Source: Schizochytrium sp. TIO01 (Eukaryota > Protista > Bigyra: Labyrinthulomycetes). Taken from it: 64,000 bases of DNA. The stretch spans positions 4,930,483 to 4,994,482 of the forward strand of contig SMSO01000032.1 of assembly GCA_004764695.1 (NCBI GenBank), read 5' to 3'. Shown in pieces: positions 36,854 through 49,100 of the stretch. Each line of letters starts with the position of its first letter. The stretch's first letter is position 1. The notes beneath the pieces were generated by a model. It worked only from the letters and a program-made list of their open reading frames with translations. It was not told where the DNA came from and ran no database searches. Position numbers and translations under genes: made by a program.

Positions 36854-38335
36854 TTAAATTCGGTTGCCAAGTTCTTGGCGGTAGGATTTGAGAATGTCAA
36901 CAAATTTCATCGTGATTGATCCCTCAGAGTTAATCACGTCATCAATGCTCTTGATGGCCTTGAGCTTGATATCATCAGGGAAACTAAAGACCACGCAGAG
37001 ACGACTATCCGCAAGGACATTCCAAATGATTGCGCCTTGCACAAAGAGAGAATTGATGCGATTTGCATTCTCGTACTCCGGTGCTGCAGAATGCTGTGTT
37101 GTACTCAAGGCCATAATCATTGCTGTAACTTTACCCACTGCAGGTTTGGCCTTAGTTCCATGTGGTAAAGCCAAGGTAGACTTGGCAAGCTCCTTGCGTC
37201 GTCTGTTGCAAATCAACACAAGGTCCTGGTCCTTTTCGCCCTCCCACCGCTCACGATAGTAAAGCATCTTAGTGTCCTTATCTGGCATATCATCCGTAAG
37301 AGGCGTGATCTCAACACCACGGATCGAATACAAGCGTTGCTGCGTTGCGGTGTTGGAAAATGATTCCCAAAAGAACTCTGATAATGATGCAGCATCAATA
37401 CCTGGGAAAAGAACGTCCACTCGAACATTGAGACGACGACGCGGTTTCTCAGGCGCAGCATCAGGCCCACTGGGACCATCTTCTTTCTTAACAGAGCCGT
37501 ATTCGTCGATGAACTTGTAAAATACAGACAAGTTCTGGTATGGCAAATCTGCTTCAAGTGGTACAGTAGCCTGTTTCCAATTGTCGGCTTGACTTTGCGA
37601 AACAAGACCTAGCACATGGGCTTGTGCTGTATCTGCTCCTTGTTTGTAAATAGCATGACGAGCATTCACTGAAGAAGGGGCACCCTCGCTGAGTCGTTTA
37701 AAGCAAGCCACAAAACGCTTGTGCTCCTCCAGTTGAGCACGGAGGAGCTCGTTCTCGATACGCATGTCTGTGGAGCCTTGCTCGCGCAGACTTTCCACTT
37801 TGAGCTGAAGCTCGCCAATTTTGGCCAAGAATTGTGATCGTTCTTCCCGCAAGCGCTCGTTTTCGTCACGAAGGTCCTCCAGTTCACGCTTTCGGCGAGC
37901 ACGTGACATACGGCTTGCCGCTGCAATCTGTTTCCGCCGTTTAGCCTTCTTCTCTGCGTCGTCTTCGTTGCCGCCTGTAACGCTTGAGATAGTCGATGCA
38001 GCGCTACTCTTACTCATGTCACGTTCACTCCGAGTAGTTTTGCGAGTTGAACGAGCAGGTCCGGTTGCTTTAGCCCCTTCACCCGATCTTGCCGTTGAAG
38101 GTGTTGGGCTCAGCATACCCTCGCTCCCGGCGTAAGATCCATTCGGGCCCATTCCTCCTTGGAGTCCTTGCGAAGGATCGCCGGGAAATCCGTGTTGCGA
38201 TCCGTCATAAAAATCTCCCATGCCTTGGCCCTGGCCATCGCCCATTCCACCATGCATGGACTCCTCAAGAAACATACCACCGGAGTCTGTCACCACACCT
38301 GGGAGCACGAGATCGAAATCGAAAAGGTCTGACAT
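36854..38335 (-). CDS. bZIP transcription factor with a C-terminal START/SRPBCC-like domain
   Basis: Basic region KRRKQIAAASRMSRARRKRE followed by heptad leucines. The C-terminal ~240 aa has a START-like pattern. Start set at ATG 38335, just after a ttttcag acceptor-like site that suggests a 5'UTR intron. Confidence 0.88.
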   Translation of the reverse strand: MSDLFDFDLVLPGVVTDSGGMFLEESMHGGMGDGQGQGMGDFYDGSQHGFPGDPSQGLQGGMGPNGSYAGSEGMLSPTPSTARSGEGAKATGPARSTRKTTRSERDMSKSSAASTISSVTGGNEDDAEKKAKRRKQIAAASRMSRARRKRELEDLRDENERLREERSQFLAKIGELQLKVESLREQGSTDMRIENELLRAQLEEHKRFVACFKRLSEGAPSSVNARHAIYKQGADTAQAHVLGLVSQSQADNWKQATVPLEADLPYQNLSVFYKFIDEYGSVKKEDGPSGPDAAPEKPRRRLNVRVDVLFPGIDAASLSEFFWESFSNTATQQRLYSIRGVEITPLTDDMPDKDTKMLYYRERWEGEKDQDLVLICNRRRKELAKSTLALPHGTKAKPAVGKVTAMIMALSTTQHSAAPEYENANRINSLFVQGAIIWNVLADSRLCVVFSFPDDIKLKAIKSIDDVINSEGSITMKFVDILKSYRQELGNRI

Positions 38336-40357
38336 TGTTGCTGAAAATGAAGAGTCTCCAAAAGTGTATGCAAGCACAAATCAAAGTACGAGGGACACCT
38401 TGAGCTAAACCTCTGATGAGGATTAAATTATATAAGGCCTGCTTTGTCTCAAAAAAAAAACTAGGCAAATGCTCACAGGATCTTAATAGAAGCAACCACC
38501 GGATCGACTGATAAGATTTTACCACAATGAATACTGCTGATCACTGAATCGAATGATCAGGAGCACGGTAAATTTAATGGAACTCAAGGTCTATATATTA
38601 GCGAATTCACGTAGTCAAACAAGTGATGATATCGACGTGAAGCCGGATTTAATTCTCTTCGAGGTGAGTTTTCTCTACTGATATGCCCCCAAAAGGTACA
38701 CGATAGTTTGATGCAGACGGCTTTAGAGGTAGTCTTCTATCACACAATCAGGCAGTCGAATGAGACGTGGGATTGTCCTTTGCTACTGAGGATAATGAAG
38801 TTTTGCAAAGCCAAGTTTATCCACCGAGACGAGGTGCGCCAGAGTTATATATATATAAATTGATGTCGCAAGAGAGCGTAGCAGAGACCCAGCGCGATAC
38901 AAGGTTTCAGGGACAGTTATGAGCGTCCTCAAGAGAGAGCAAGCTTGCCGCTGCGACAAGAAGCGGAGGTGGTTTGTTGATAAGCTGCGAGAGCTGCGAC
39001 GAATACGAAGTCAAGCTCAAAGAGCTATTTTCCCTTCAGGGGCCGGAAGCCTTGAATGCAGCGACGAAAAGAGTCTGTGCCGCGTAAACTGCTGACGAGG
39101 GATGCTCGTCCTCGTGAAGGAGCCTCCTCGACGCGGTATCAGCGCCGGCCGCGGCGCCGCGGTCGCTTCACAGGCGATAATCAAAGTCTGCCGCACACGA
39201 GCGAAGAAGACAAGACTTGCTAGAAAGCAAGAGACAAAGAAAGAATGCATGAAATAAATAAAGAAACCCATTACTCTTACTATTCCTAGTATGGCGTATT
39301 TTATTCGCATTCTTCTGCACCAGCAGGATCAATTAAATACATAGTAATAGCAGTAGTGCTGACACGAAATTATTCAGAAAGAAGGTAACAAAAAATTGTT
39401 TTCACAAATCGTCTGTTTCATTCGCTGTTGCCACGGATGGAAAACACTCGAGGACTTGAGGCGTATTTAATCGGTCGCTGCTGTCCCCAGTCCAGCCTCA
39501 TGGAGCGTGTGCGTGCTAGCGTTGACACCATTATCAACGGTAGTGAGGCCGTGGTTTCCTTGACGTCCATGAAACCCATCGTGGTAAAGTTAAAGGTCCG
39601 GGTATCAGAAGATAATTGAGGCGAGTGTATGAAAATGAAAGTGTATTTTATTTTATTTTATTTTATTTTATTTTCTCAATTCTACTTAACATCTATGTAC
39701 GTACCTACCTTTGTACGTACGCCAGGACAGACGCAAAGAGTCGCGAATCTGGCAAGACAAATCCAACGAAAATTCCAACGAAATGGAGTCGCAAAGTCGG
39801 GAAGAAGAAAATTGCGCTCTCGATCGAGCACCATCATCCGGGCCCCTGAGCCTCTCCTGCAGAGTCAACCGTGGAGCCAGCCCCTGCCTCGCAAGGTTTT
39901 GGGTGACCTGTCCAAAGCACACGCAATGACACGCATCCCTGATGAAGATCTTCACGAGTGCGTTCTGTAGATTGAAGTCATCTAATGAAATGTAATGTAC
40001 TAATGTAATGTATGTAATGTGCTAGCTAGCACCTCCCTACTGCAACTAATGAAACAAAGGTACTTCCTTCGCCAATTTAGCGATGAAGGAAATGATTCTC
40101 TTTCCTTTGGTTCTTGGCCAGACCCAATCGATTAAAGCAAACTGCCTTCGCCGGCGCTCAGGGCGACGGGACCGCAGGCGAGACCGCAGGCGGAGGGCGC
40201 TTCCCGGACAGAGCTGCGGGCGTCTCTGCAGCAGCCCTCGCACGCTCGCCACGCGAGAACGGGTCGAGCTAGCTGGCTAGCTAGCCTCGGCCTCGGTGCG
40301 GCGAACAAGGCGTTGACTCGCGCAATCAAACGTGGTAGAAGAAGGTGGTAATACGTA

Positions 40358-40496
40358 TCATGATTGATGTCATGATTGACATATCATGATTGATATCATG
40401 ATTGACATATCATGATTGACATATCATGATTGATATCATGATTGATGTCATGATTGATGTCATGATTGATGTCATGATTGATGTCATGATTGACAT
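40358..40496. repeat. 11-unit minisatellite with invariant core TCATGATTGA and variable TG/TA/CATA linkers (12 or 14 bp units)
   Basis: Units counted directly from the sequence. Confidence 0.95.
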
Positions 40497-43400
40497 CGAT
40501 GAGCAGGTATAGCAGAGATGGATGACATCACATGTCTTGCTTGAAAGAGGGCAGAGCATCGCGGGAATGAAGTCCAAGTCCGAAGGAGCTGTCGAGCATG
40601 GGGCCGTACGGCAGCTCGCTGGTGCAGTCGGTACCAGAAGCTATACGCTGGGAAGATGGAGCTTGAGAAGAGGTTATGCTATGTATTATGTGTATGGATG
40701 AAAGGCGAGAACGATGCAAGTGCGGGGATAGCTAGCGATAACTAGCGGCGTACAGGAAACCAAGAGCGCTTGGGTTTTGGTGCTCTAGAGAAGTTTTAAG
40801 TGAATTAGGTAGATGAGGTTAGCTAGTAGAAGCTAGCGCAGATAAGGCGACTTGGAAAGTACAGCCGCGACACGAGGGCTATTATAATCTATGAGATTAG
40901 CTAGACAAGTTTGATGAAAGTCATCATTGAAACCGTGCGTAAGCTCAGAGAAGACAGCCCGCTCAAGTGTGAGACCCCGACGATGGTGAGCAATTTCGTT
41001 GTCTCACTGCTCTTGAATAGGCAGATACGGATACAAAGTTGGTAGTCTTGCGATTTATGTCGTCGCATAAGGCTCGCAGTGCAAAGACCCAGCTGTGACT
41101 CATTCTTGTTTGTGCTCATGGCTTGACAAATTCATGGAATCAAGTCATCATCCCTGGGTTTTGAGACTGCCAATCATATTTACACAGCCTTATGCAGTCC
41201 TGAAGAAATCATTAGCCCCACTAGACTTCCAATAGATTTCCCTGCATCAGTGATAGGACCTCTGCAGGGCTGACTTTAGTAGGCGTTATGCCCATTACAC
41301 AAGTCAGTGATCTACCGCGCTTTTACGCTGCAAAATGAAGAGGATACTTAAGTTGAACCTGCATTTGAAAACGAAACGAAGGCACGAAGCATTACTATAT
41401 TTTGCGAGACGGAAAGCTTAACTATATTTTTATGGACTATCATTTCCGGAACCATTCGAAGGTGCCTTTTCCGAGTAAATTCATAAAACGCATGCATAAA
41501 ATTGCTTGCGCAAAAGAAAAGTCAGCGTATCTAGTCGGTGCAAGGAAAGTTCCTATCATGTAATAGAACGAGCCTGTAATGTTTCTACATTTAATGGAGC
41601 CTGAACCTCAGAACCATTTTTTGAGAGACTGCAGGTTTATAAAATATTATGAAGGTGATTGCTTTCATGCTGACTCATCTCTGTATTTGACTTCTCTGAT
41701 AAAGATCTTTTTTTAAGGATTCCAATATTCCAGGGAGGTCCAGGAGACAACCGTCCGGTATTAGTTGCGCCTAACGTCTCAAACTAAAACCCAAAATTCA
41801 CGAATTATCCTTTGTCTTTCCTCTATACCCTGTACCAATCAAGTTTTTCTAAAGAGGGTAACAGCAGAAAAATCTGCAAAAGCGAAACGAATATATCAAA
41901 AATGGATAATTGAAGCGGGCATCACAACAAGCGTGCCGAGAGGGTCATTAAAATATTTATCTATATCTAAAGTACCATTTTCAACAGAGAACTGATTCTG
42001 CATAAGTTTTAAATCTACGTTCACATTTTCTCCAGACAGAGACACACACAGAGAAACTTTCATATCTCTCAGTCAGCTCTGTGTTCAATCGAGTTGTATC
42101 TTATCTTTTCAGTTGAGTGGGATTATTGATGAACAAAAATCATTTTTTTACTTGAAAACCAACAAAAACGGCCGGTTGTTGAGAAGGCAAAACAGAACAG
42201 AACATAATAGAACAGAACAGAAAGTGCGTATCACTCTAGCTAGAATCAGAGCGGTCGACTCGCCCCTTGAATAGTAAGTAGTTCGCCCCACCTTATCGTA
42301 ATACGTGCGTGTTCTTTTTCTACTAAGAGCAGCATTTGAATATTATATCAATCGCATTAATGCTGTCAATACAGTCATCCATGGCGAATGAAATTTTCCT
42401 TACAATGAGCAAAATTCATTTCGTGTCAGTGCAAATTGTGCGGACTTGCTTAGACAAATACATTCATTATTTCTTCCATCGTCTGCGCTTCGATGTAGCA
42501 CATATAAACCACGATCTACCCGAATTGCTCTCTTGCCATGCCTTAATTACATGACAAGAAGAGATCTATACAGGACTTCTGCCAGTCGTACACAATCATC
42601 CGTAATTGTTGGGTGTTGCTTTGCTTTCGGAAGGCACGAGCCTGCTTATCCAACTACTTCTCCAACTGCTTCTCATTGCGGTCATCTGATTAATCTACTT
42701 CTCCCTATAAACGCACACGTACATCCGTGCATAAATTACTCAGTTTCTTCATCAAACGAAACGAAATGCCCCGCTCAAGTCTCCAAGTGCACAAGGTTGT
42801 CGAAGCACTTGTTTTCACTTTCACCTAGCAAGCACCCCATGGGCACCATCAAGTTTGCAGCTCCAATCAATAGCCTTTACATTCACTCACATTCTCCGCT
42901 CCATGCAACTTTGAAGTTGCTCTGATCGCGGCACTTGCACGAGCAGCGCGTTCCTGCTCAAAAACCTAGCTAGTTATCCCTTATTACTTCCACTGAACAA
43001 ACGCAAGTTCAACCACACGTCTCCATCGGCACGCGCGGACAATTTCACAAACCCAAGTAATACCATAGAACGAACTTGAAGAATTAATTCATGGTTGGCC
43101 TTCCACTTCCTTTGCGGTGCGTCTGTCTTCGAAGAGATGGTAGCAGGAGTGTCTCTACCCGCCGCGTCGAGAGGTGCTCGAGCTTTGGAGAGGCGCAGAC
43201 GATGGGGACCCAGAACGATAGCGAGCGAATGAGTTCGAGATTTGCGAGCGCGAGTGCCTCGAACTGCCAAGAAATCCATTATAGTCACTCATTCTTAGTT
43301 TGTTAGTTTGTATTACATTACAAAAGGAAAGAAAAAGGTACCTGAGGAGCGAAGTACAGGAAAGCAAGCAAAGTACAATGCCAACCTAGAACGCAGCACC

Positions 43401-44066
43401 TCTCGAGGCCTGAGAACTGAGTATCGAAGCCTCCAAGTTCGCGGCGGTGAGGTTTCCGTTCGGAGTGCAGACATTGACATTGGCATCAGCCCACGAGACC
43501 AACTCGCAGGTGCGGCCTGGAAGAACTTGATTTCACTGGAACTCTAATGAAATGGAGATTCTGCTTCGGCCAAGTGGGTAATGGCAGCTAGCATGCGCCT
43601 AGGAGTAGAATAGCAAAAATACTTTACAATCTTTTCTTTTTTGCTCATCAAGGTAAAGCTGTTCTTATCCGAGTTGGATCGACGCGCGTATGCAACGACT
43701 CGTGACGTTTGGGCAGAAGACAACACGCGAAGAAACGCGAGCGAGGCCAGGACAACCGCTGATCACCTTTTCAGGGCAGTCACGATTGCTTTGGGTTTTG
43801 CGTGTGGTGGTTTAGATACTCACTTACCCTGCTTACAAAAAGTATACAATAACTGGGACTTTTTCACTTCGAGCTTGGGCATCGACAATTCGTCGTACGC
43901 AAGAGTTCAAGAGTGTAGCAAATCAACTGCACAGATCCCAAACGCAGGGAAATTGAGTCCTGAAGGTAGACATTAAAGCAACGACACGCGATACAGCTGC
44001 AGTGAGAAGCAAGAGGTTGCGCAAGATCTCGTGACGAGAGTTCCGCTAGGTTGTAAAAACAAGAGA

Positions 44067-45191
44067 ATGACCACCATGCAAGTACCTGTACCAACTGACA
44101 CGAGCGGCGAGCGCAGTGTGCAAGAGCAACTTGCAGCACTTACGCCAGAGCAAAACAAGAGCTTCGAAGCGCTCAAAGCCGAGTATGAAAAGCACAAAAA
44201 GAACACCTACAGGGACCAGGACTTCGGAGACTACATGCTCTTGAGATTTCTGCGTAACAGCCCAGGAGCGGTCAAGTTTAATGTAAAAACTGCTCAGAAA
44301 GTGATGAAAAACTTTGCTCACTGGAGCCAAAAGGTAAAGCTAAACGAACTTAACGTTGGCATGGTCCGCAAGCAACTCGAGACCACCACGCTCAGTATTC
44401 CTGGAACGCGTTCCAAAGACGGTCACCTATACCTCTTTATGAAGCCAGGCCTTTACTTTCCCAAGAAGGACTCTCTCGACGAGCTTATGCGCAGCCTTGT
44501 GTATCTACTTGAATGCATGACTGAGCTCGAAACATGCTGTACAGATGGCATTGCAGTAATGTGTGATATGACAGGATGGACATTTAGTAACTTTGGCATC
44601 AAGTACGCCAAAACTTACTTTGATACCATGCAGGGTCGATTCCCAATGCGCGTTCGACAATTTCTGATTGTCAACCCCCCATCATGGTTTGATACTATCT
44701 GGAAAATCATTCGCCCAATGATGAATGCTGACTTTGCCGCAAAGGTCAAGTTGCCCAAGAAGAAAGAAGTCGGTGACTATGTGCAGGACCCTGCTATGCT
44801 TCCGAAGGAGTTTGGCGGTCCTATTGATGTAGCCCGGTCCCTTGAGGCCTTCATTACTTACCGCGCCCGTGTGGAGAATATCTCTCTCGATAAAAACTAC
44901 CATATTGAGGCCCCGTCCATGACTGCTGAGGGTCTCTCTAACTACACTGAACACCACGATGATCACATGGTCCACGACGACAAAGAAAACCATGTTGAAC
45001 CCAAGCAAGTTGCGCAAGGGGACGATATCGTCTCTGCAACTAAGAATTTGGACATTTCTGCTGAAAAGACCGAAGCTTCTAAAGAATCAGAACAGGTTGC
45101 CGCAACTCCTGCCAAAACAATGCCTACTTCAGCACCCGCAGCCGAAGCCGCTAGCGTGCCTGTTTCTGAGACCAAGTCTACATCTGCATAA
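44067..45191 (+). CDS. CRAL-TRIO (Sec14-like) lipid-binding protein with a low-complexity C-terminal tail
   Basis: DYMLLRFLR (CRAL-TRIO N), GIAVMCDMTGW, FPMRVRQFLIVNPPSWF..IWKIIRPMM, LPKEFGG. First ATG is at 44067. Confidence 0.93.
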   Translation: MTTMQVPVPTDTSGERSVQEQLAALTPEQNKSFEALKAEYEKHKKNTYRDQDFGDYMLLRFLRNSPGAVKFNVKTAQKVMKNFAHWSQKVKLNELNVGMVRKQLETTTLSIPGTRSKDGHLYLFMKPGLYFPKKDSLDELMRSLVYLLECMTELETCCTDGIAVMCDMTGWTFSNFGIKYAKTYFDTMQGRFPMRVRQFLIVNPPSWFDTIWKIIRPMMNADFAAKVKLPKKKEVGDYVQDPAMLPKEFGGPIDVARSLEAFITYRARVENISLDKNYHIEAPSMTAEGLSNYTEHHDDHMVHDDKENHVEPKQVAQGDDIVSATKNLDISAEKTEASKESEQVAATPAKTMPTSAPAAEAASVPVSETKSTSA

Positions 45192-46167
45192 ATGATATAA
45201 TAATTTCTTTTCTTCTTTGGTTATTTTTATATCTAGTAGCTAGCGACAGCAGCAAAAGTGGCTATTTAATTTGAAAATTCGACTGAATCGTTCGAGCGAT
45301 TTCACAGTTTCACCAGTCACTTTACTGGCAATCTTGTCGTAACCGCGTTTCACAAGAAGCTCTGCTGCAGTCTATTCACTCTCCAATCTGACATTTTCAC
45401 TTAAATATGATATGCTCCTGGGAGTACTTTTGTCTAAAATTTAGGACACAACCTTGAAAGGGACTTACCGTACAGCAATTGCGGCTTGTGATCTGGGTTA
45501 AATAAACACAAAAGAAAGTGGATCATTTCAAGATCGTAGTTTTCAAAGAAAGAGCATTTTTTGGTTTATTTTCTCTATTTAGCCAAACCCAATGTTGTTG
45601 GTGAGCAGTGCATTAGCCCTCTTGACGTGTTTCACATGACATACAAAACTACTACTAGCAGGTACCTGGGTAGCAGAAAAGATAGTTGATAAGATGAAAA
45701 GAATAGGGTACTAGTTTTTGCAAGAAACCGCTCTTATTATCACAAAAACAACTTGAAACAACGAGTACTTCAACCAAAAAAACTTAAAGCGAATATATCT
45801 TAGCTTATAGGTGTTGTTTCCCGGGACTCCTCAAAGCTTCTATATCAGCTATTTATCATTGCCAATTCTCCTTGAACGTTCTGTACTATGTTGTACTTTA
45901 CTTCTAATGGTTCATTTTTAACAATTTGAGGTAGGTACTTATTATGCAGAAGGTAAAGAGAATAAATAAAAACGTTTGCTGTCTATCATTACTATCAAGA
46001 TGATGAATCTATATGCTAATCAGCTTTTTTGCTCTTTTTTCTTAAAAAACAAATAAAATCAACCAAAACTCGATCGATCAATCGACGATCGCTCGATCTA
46101 TCGACCATCGAGCGATCCTTGGTTGATAGGTGGACCTGACCTGCCACAGGGCCGTGGAGGAACTACT

Positions 46168-49100
46168 ATGTCGAGCACGGCGTCACAAGATGAACTTGAG
46201 CAGGGCGCATTCTCCCTTGCGGCCTTAAAGGAGGCGCTGCCTGATCAAGACGGCCGCGAGAACGAGGATGAAGTTGGCTTCTTCGCGGAAGAAGAAGACG
46301 ACGATGAAGGTGCTACTGTGCCAGATGAAGACAATAAAGATTTCGACGATGATGATGACGATGACGAGGACAGCAATCTTAGTGACTCAGATATTGATCA
46401 CAGGCGCCTGAACCGTGGAAATCGTCAAAGTGACGCAATACCCAAAAGGCGTGCACGAAGAGATGCAGATGAACGCGAGAATGAGGATGCAGGCGATCGC
46501 AATGATGTTGAAGATGATGACGATGATGATCGCGAAAGTGATGTTGGGGATGATATGCTGGATGAGAATGACGACGACGGACTTCGAGGACTTGCGAAGA
46601 AAGCTCTCGAGATTTTGACTGAGAAAGAAGGCAAAAGCTCGCCTATGGAATGGGGAAAGCGTACAGCTTTTAAAGGTATCGACGTCTCTGACGAAGGTGC
46701 AGAACTCTCGCCGTGGGTAAAGGATTTTCTCAAGACCCTCCCGGCTCTGCCTCCGAAACCGTCTGGGTCCATTCCGCAGAAGTTAAAAACACTGTACGAC
46801 CTGTTACAGAGCTTCTATATAACCGCCCCCGATGCCTCCCTTGATGTCGAGGCCCACTGTACAGCTTCACGAAGCTTCGCAAGCTCCCTATCTAGTATTA
46901 TTCCTGTGGATATTGATAACCGGATGAGGCCCTTCGTAGCAGGGGTTATCAGTTTTGTCTGTGCTGCTCTTCTCGAGGCACACAAAGATGTCAGTGGCAC
47001 GGATGCCAATTTATTTGGCTCACTCACTTACCTTGAACTCTGGTTCCGCAACATTGAAAGGCGAAATCATCTCACTGAAATCTTTCCTGCGCTTGGCAAA
47101 CGTATGAACCGTCTTCAGCGAGCCATTACTGACATGAAGCGCGAGCGAACCAAAGCACAGCAAGACGCATCAGCCGACCGCAAACGAGCCGGGGCAATTG
47201 TTTCCGAAGAAATACTTGCAGATCTTGACGGTGGCGTGGAACAGCTGTTGTGCAGCCTCCAACCTTTGCCAGAGGACATTGCACGCCGCGACCAAGTTAT
47301 TGCCGCTATGGAAAGGACACTTTCCCCCGAGGCTTTGCAGAAGGCACTGAAAGACCTTTTGGGAGCTGAGATTCCAGATGATGTCCTTGTTCATACCGCT
47401 GATCAAAGCCCTTCCGTGGAGGTGAAAATTTTTGGCTCGGCAGCAAGCGGCCTGAACTTCCGGGCGTCCGCAGATATTGACTTCTCCCTCGTTGGAGCAG
47501 CTGATTGCCTAGCCCAATACGCCGGCCGGACACGGGGAGTTGATACAGTTCAAGAGCGCTCGCACAGCCGTGCAATTGCTCTTGCTGCCTATGTTCTTTC
47601 GGCATCTCCTGAGTTCGCCATTAAGGATATTATTCTCACGTCTCGTGTCCCGATTGTCAAATGTGTTCACGTGGAAACTGGCCTTGCATGCGATGTCGCT
47701 TCGGGCAACTCAATTGCTCTAAAAAACACACAATTGCTGCGAACTTATAGTTTGATTGACCCCCGTGTCCGCCCTCTCATGTATGCTGTCAAGTACTGGG
47801 CTAAAAAACGGGGCATTTGTGATGCTTCTCTTGGTACCCTATCTTCTTACGCATGGACCCTCCTTGTGATCTTCTTCCTTCAGCAAACCCGGCAGCACCC
47901 GTTCATCATCTTTGCTCGTAAGAAGTCCAAAAAGAGAAACAAGGATCATCGTGATGACCATGATGATGACGATGATCTCATGGATGGCAAAGATGAAGTC
48001 ACCCTTCTTAAAACGTACTCGCGGCCACTCTTTCCCGTGCTCCCTTGCCTTCAGGCTGAAGCTGTCCGAATGAAGCTTCGCAAGGAGATGACTGTCATGA
48101 ACGGGGTCGAATACGATACTACGTACGCTTCGGAAATGCCGAAGGGCTTTAGTCCTGGCGCCAATACGCAAGGGGTTGGCGAGCTTCTCTTGCACTTTTT
48201 CATCTTCTATGCATATGTGTTTGATATTGAACGCACGGTTGTTAGTATTCGCCTTGGCAAACCTGAGCTTCGAAAGAACTTGGAGAATTATTCGCAAGCT
48301 AATTGGCGACTCGCTATCGAGGATCCATTTGAATTGCAGCATGATTTAGGATCCAAGATTGCAGGCAAGGACTCCATGGAGTGTATCAGAAATGAGCTGC
48401 GGCGTGCTGCCAAGCTTCTTGCCATGCGACCGCAACGAGCCCACATGTCTTTATGCGATGCTGCAGTCATGCAAATCCCAGGACAGATCCCCGCATTCCC
48501 TCGGAGATGCTTTAATTGCGGGAGCGGACAGCACCGTTCTGCAAAGTGCCCCCTTGGTGCCATCCGGATGCGTGGTAGCAAGGTATGCCACATGTGCGGT
48601 GAATCTGGGCACTTGATTCGTAACTGCCCACTTTCAAGAAAGAATCGTGAGCGCCGCGGAACTCAAGGAGGAGATGCTTTTGGCCGGGGCGATGGCGGCC
48701 GTAGCAGTGGCCGAGGCAATGGTCGCGGAGGTGACGCTAACAGGCACTCTGGCGATAATCATGGAAACGGAAATTGGCGAAATGGGTCTGTCCACAGAGG
48801 AGATGTTATGTCTTCTCCTAAAGATAGTCGCCGCAAACAGCACGGTCAACGTGGCAGTGGTCGCGATGAAGGTAACCAGCACCATGAGCATGACCGGGGC
48901 CATGGGCCAAAGAGCCATGGCAGGAGTAAAGGTGGTTCTCGTCGCAATGAGGACGATGGTGATCTTGAGTCAAGAGGCAAGAGCACTCCAAAGGACACTG
49001 GCCGCAGCGCGAAGAAGGAAGGGGGCAAATCTCCACGTGAAGAGAAGTCACGCACTTCTTCAGCGTCAAAGAAGCAACAGCACTCCAAAAACGATCCACC

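Noticed and set aside
40358-40496. CRISPR-like repeat/spacer array
   Set aside because: The core is 10 bp with 2-4 bp non-unique linkers, there are no cas genes, and the context is eukaryotic.
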